IMG/VR virus record: IMGVR_UViG_3300033109_000111
Location: 1-31,424 of that record
From: a virus
Lineage: Duplodnaviria > Caudoviricetes
Direction: 5' to 3' (one strand)
DNA length: 31,424 nucleotides
The notes under the pieces were generated by a model, which saw nothing but the letters and a program-made list of their open reading frames with translations, had not been told where the DNA came from and did no database searches. Of this stretch, positions 30,618-31,424 are shown one piece after another (position 1 is the stretch's first letter; each line of letters opens with the position of its first letter). Both the position numbers and the translations under genes were made by a program.

Positions 30618-31424
30618 GTGAAACTCAAGCAATATCAGGTCGATGCGTTCGCCGAGCGGGTGTTCGAGGGCAATCCGGCAGCGGTGTGTCCGTTGGATGC
30701 GTGGCTGGAAGATGGGTTGTTGCAGTCGATTGCGATGGAGAACAATCTGTCGGAGACGGCATTTTTCGTGCCGACGGAGGATGGGTTTCATATCCGCTGG
30801 TTTACGCCGGTGGCCGAGGTGGATTTGTGCGGGCATGCCACGCTGGCTGCGGCGCATGTGATTTTCGCAGAGCAGGGGTATGCGTTGCCGGAGATCGTGT
30901 TTCAGTCGCACAGCGGGGCGTTGACGGTAAGCCAGGGGGCGGAGGGGACGTTGGTGATGGATTTCCCCGCTGTCGAGCCGGTGCGCTGTGCGCCGCCGCC
31001 TTTGCTGGGGCCTGCGCTGGGGCGCGATCCCGCCGAGGTGTGGCAGGCGGACGATTTCATCGCGGTGTACGAGCATGCCGAGCATGTGCGTGCCTTGCGG
31101 CCGGATTTCGCCCGGATGCGGGCATTGGGTTTGCGGGGTGTGGTGGCGACCGCGCCGGGAGACGGCGAGTACGATTTCGTCAGCCGTTTTTTCGCGCCGA
31201 AATATGGCATTCCAGAAGACCCGGTGACCGGCTCGGCGCATTGCGCGCTGACGCCCTATTGGGCGCAGCGTTTGCGCAAGTCGCGCTTTCTCGCGCGGCA
31301 GGTGTCGCGGCGCGGCGGGACGTTGCTGTGCGAATTGCAGGGCAAGCGGGTGTTGATTTCCGGTCGGGCGGTGAAGTTCTCTTCCGGCGAAATTACGTTG
31401 CCCGCTCCAACTTCAGCGCTTTGA
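30618..31424 (+). CDS. PhzF family epimerase/isomerase (host gene)
   Basis: QVDAF, GNPAAV, NLSETAF, EVDLCGHATLA, EDPVTGSAH; GGAGG RBS before GTG 30618. Confidence 0.95.
   Translation: MKLKQYQVDAFAERVFEGNPAAVCPLDAWLEDGLLQSIAMENNLSETAFFVPTEDGFHIRWFTPVAEVDLCGHATLAAAHVIFAEQGYALPEIVFQSHSGALTVSQGAEGTLVMDFPAVEPVRCAPPPLLGPALGRDPAEVWQADDFIAVYEHAEHVRALRPDFARMRALGLRGVVATAPGDGEYDFVSRFFAPKYGIPEDPVTGSAHCALTPYWAQRLRKSRFLARQVSRRGGTLLCELQGKRVLISGRAVKFSSGEITLPAPTSAL

Overview
About 28.5 kb of this window (~1985-30543, + strand) is an apparently intact siphovirus-type virion module. It runs from small and large terminase, portal, XkdF-like protease/scaffold and major capsid through neck, tail tube, frameshifted tail chaperones and tape measure. 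It continues with an RcGTA g12-g15-like tail tip set (DUF2460, DUF2163, NlpC/P60, central tip protein), fibre and lysis genes. It starts at a sigma70-like promoter with a hairpin-rich leader and ends beside a housekeeping PhzF-family gene. No integrase, repressor, replication gene, antiterminator or att repeat is visible, so it is a candidate domesticated prophage or gene-transfer-agent-like element; a larger prophage continuing left of the window is not excluded. Self-contained cargo cassettes, mostly AT-richer, interrupt the operon. These are an ImmA/IrrE peptidase plus class III nucleotidyl-cyclase-like pair, a small ORF plus ADP-ribosyltransferase-fold pair, three paralogous secreted-protein cassettes around the tape measure gene, and a two-membrane-protein pair. 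All family calls come from motif recognition by eye; no database search was run.
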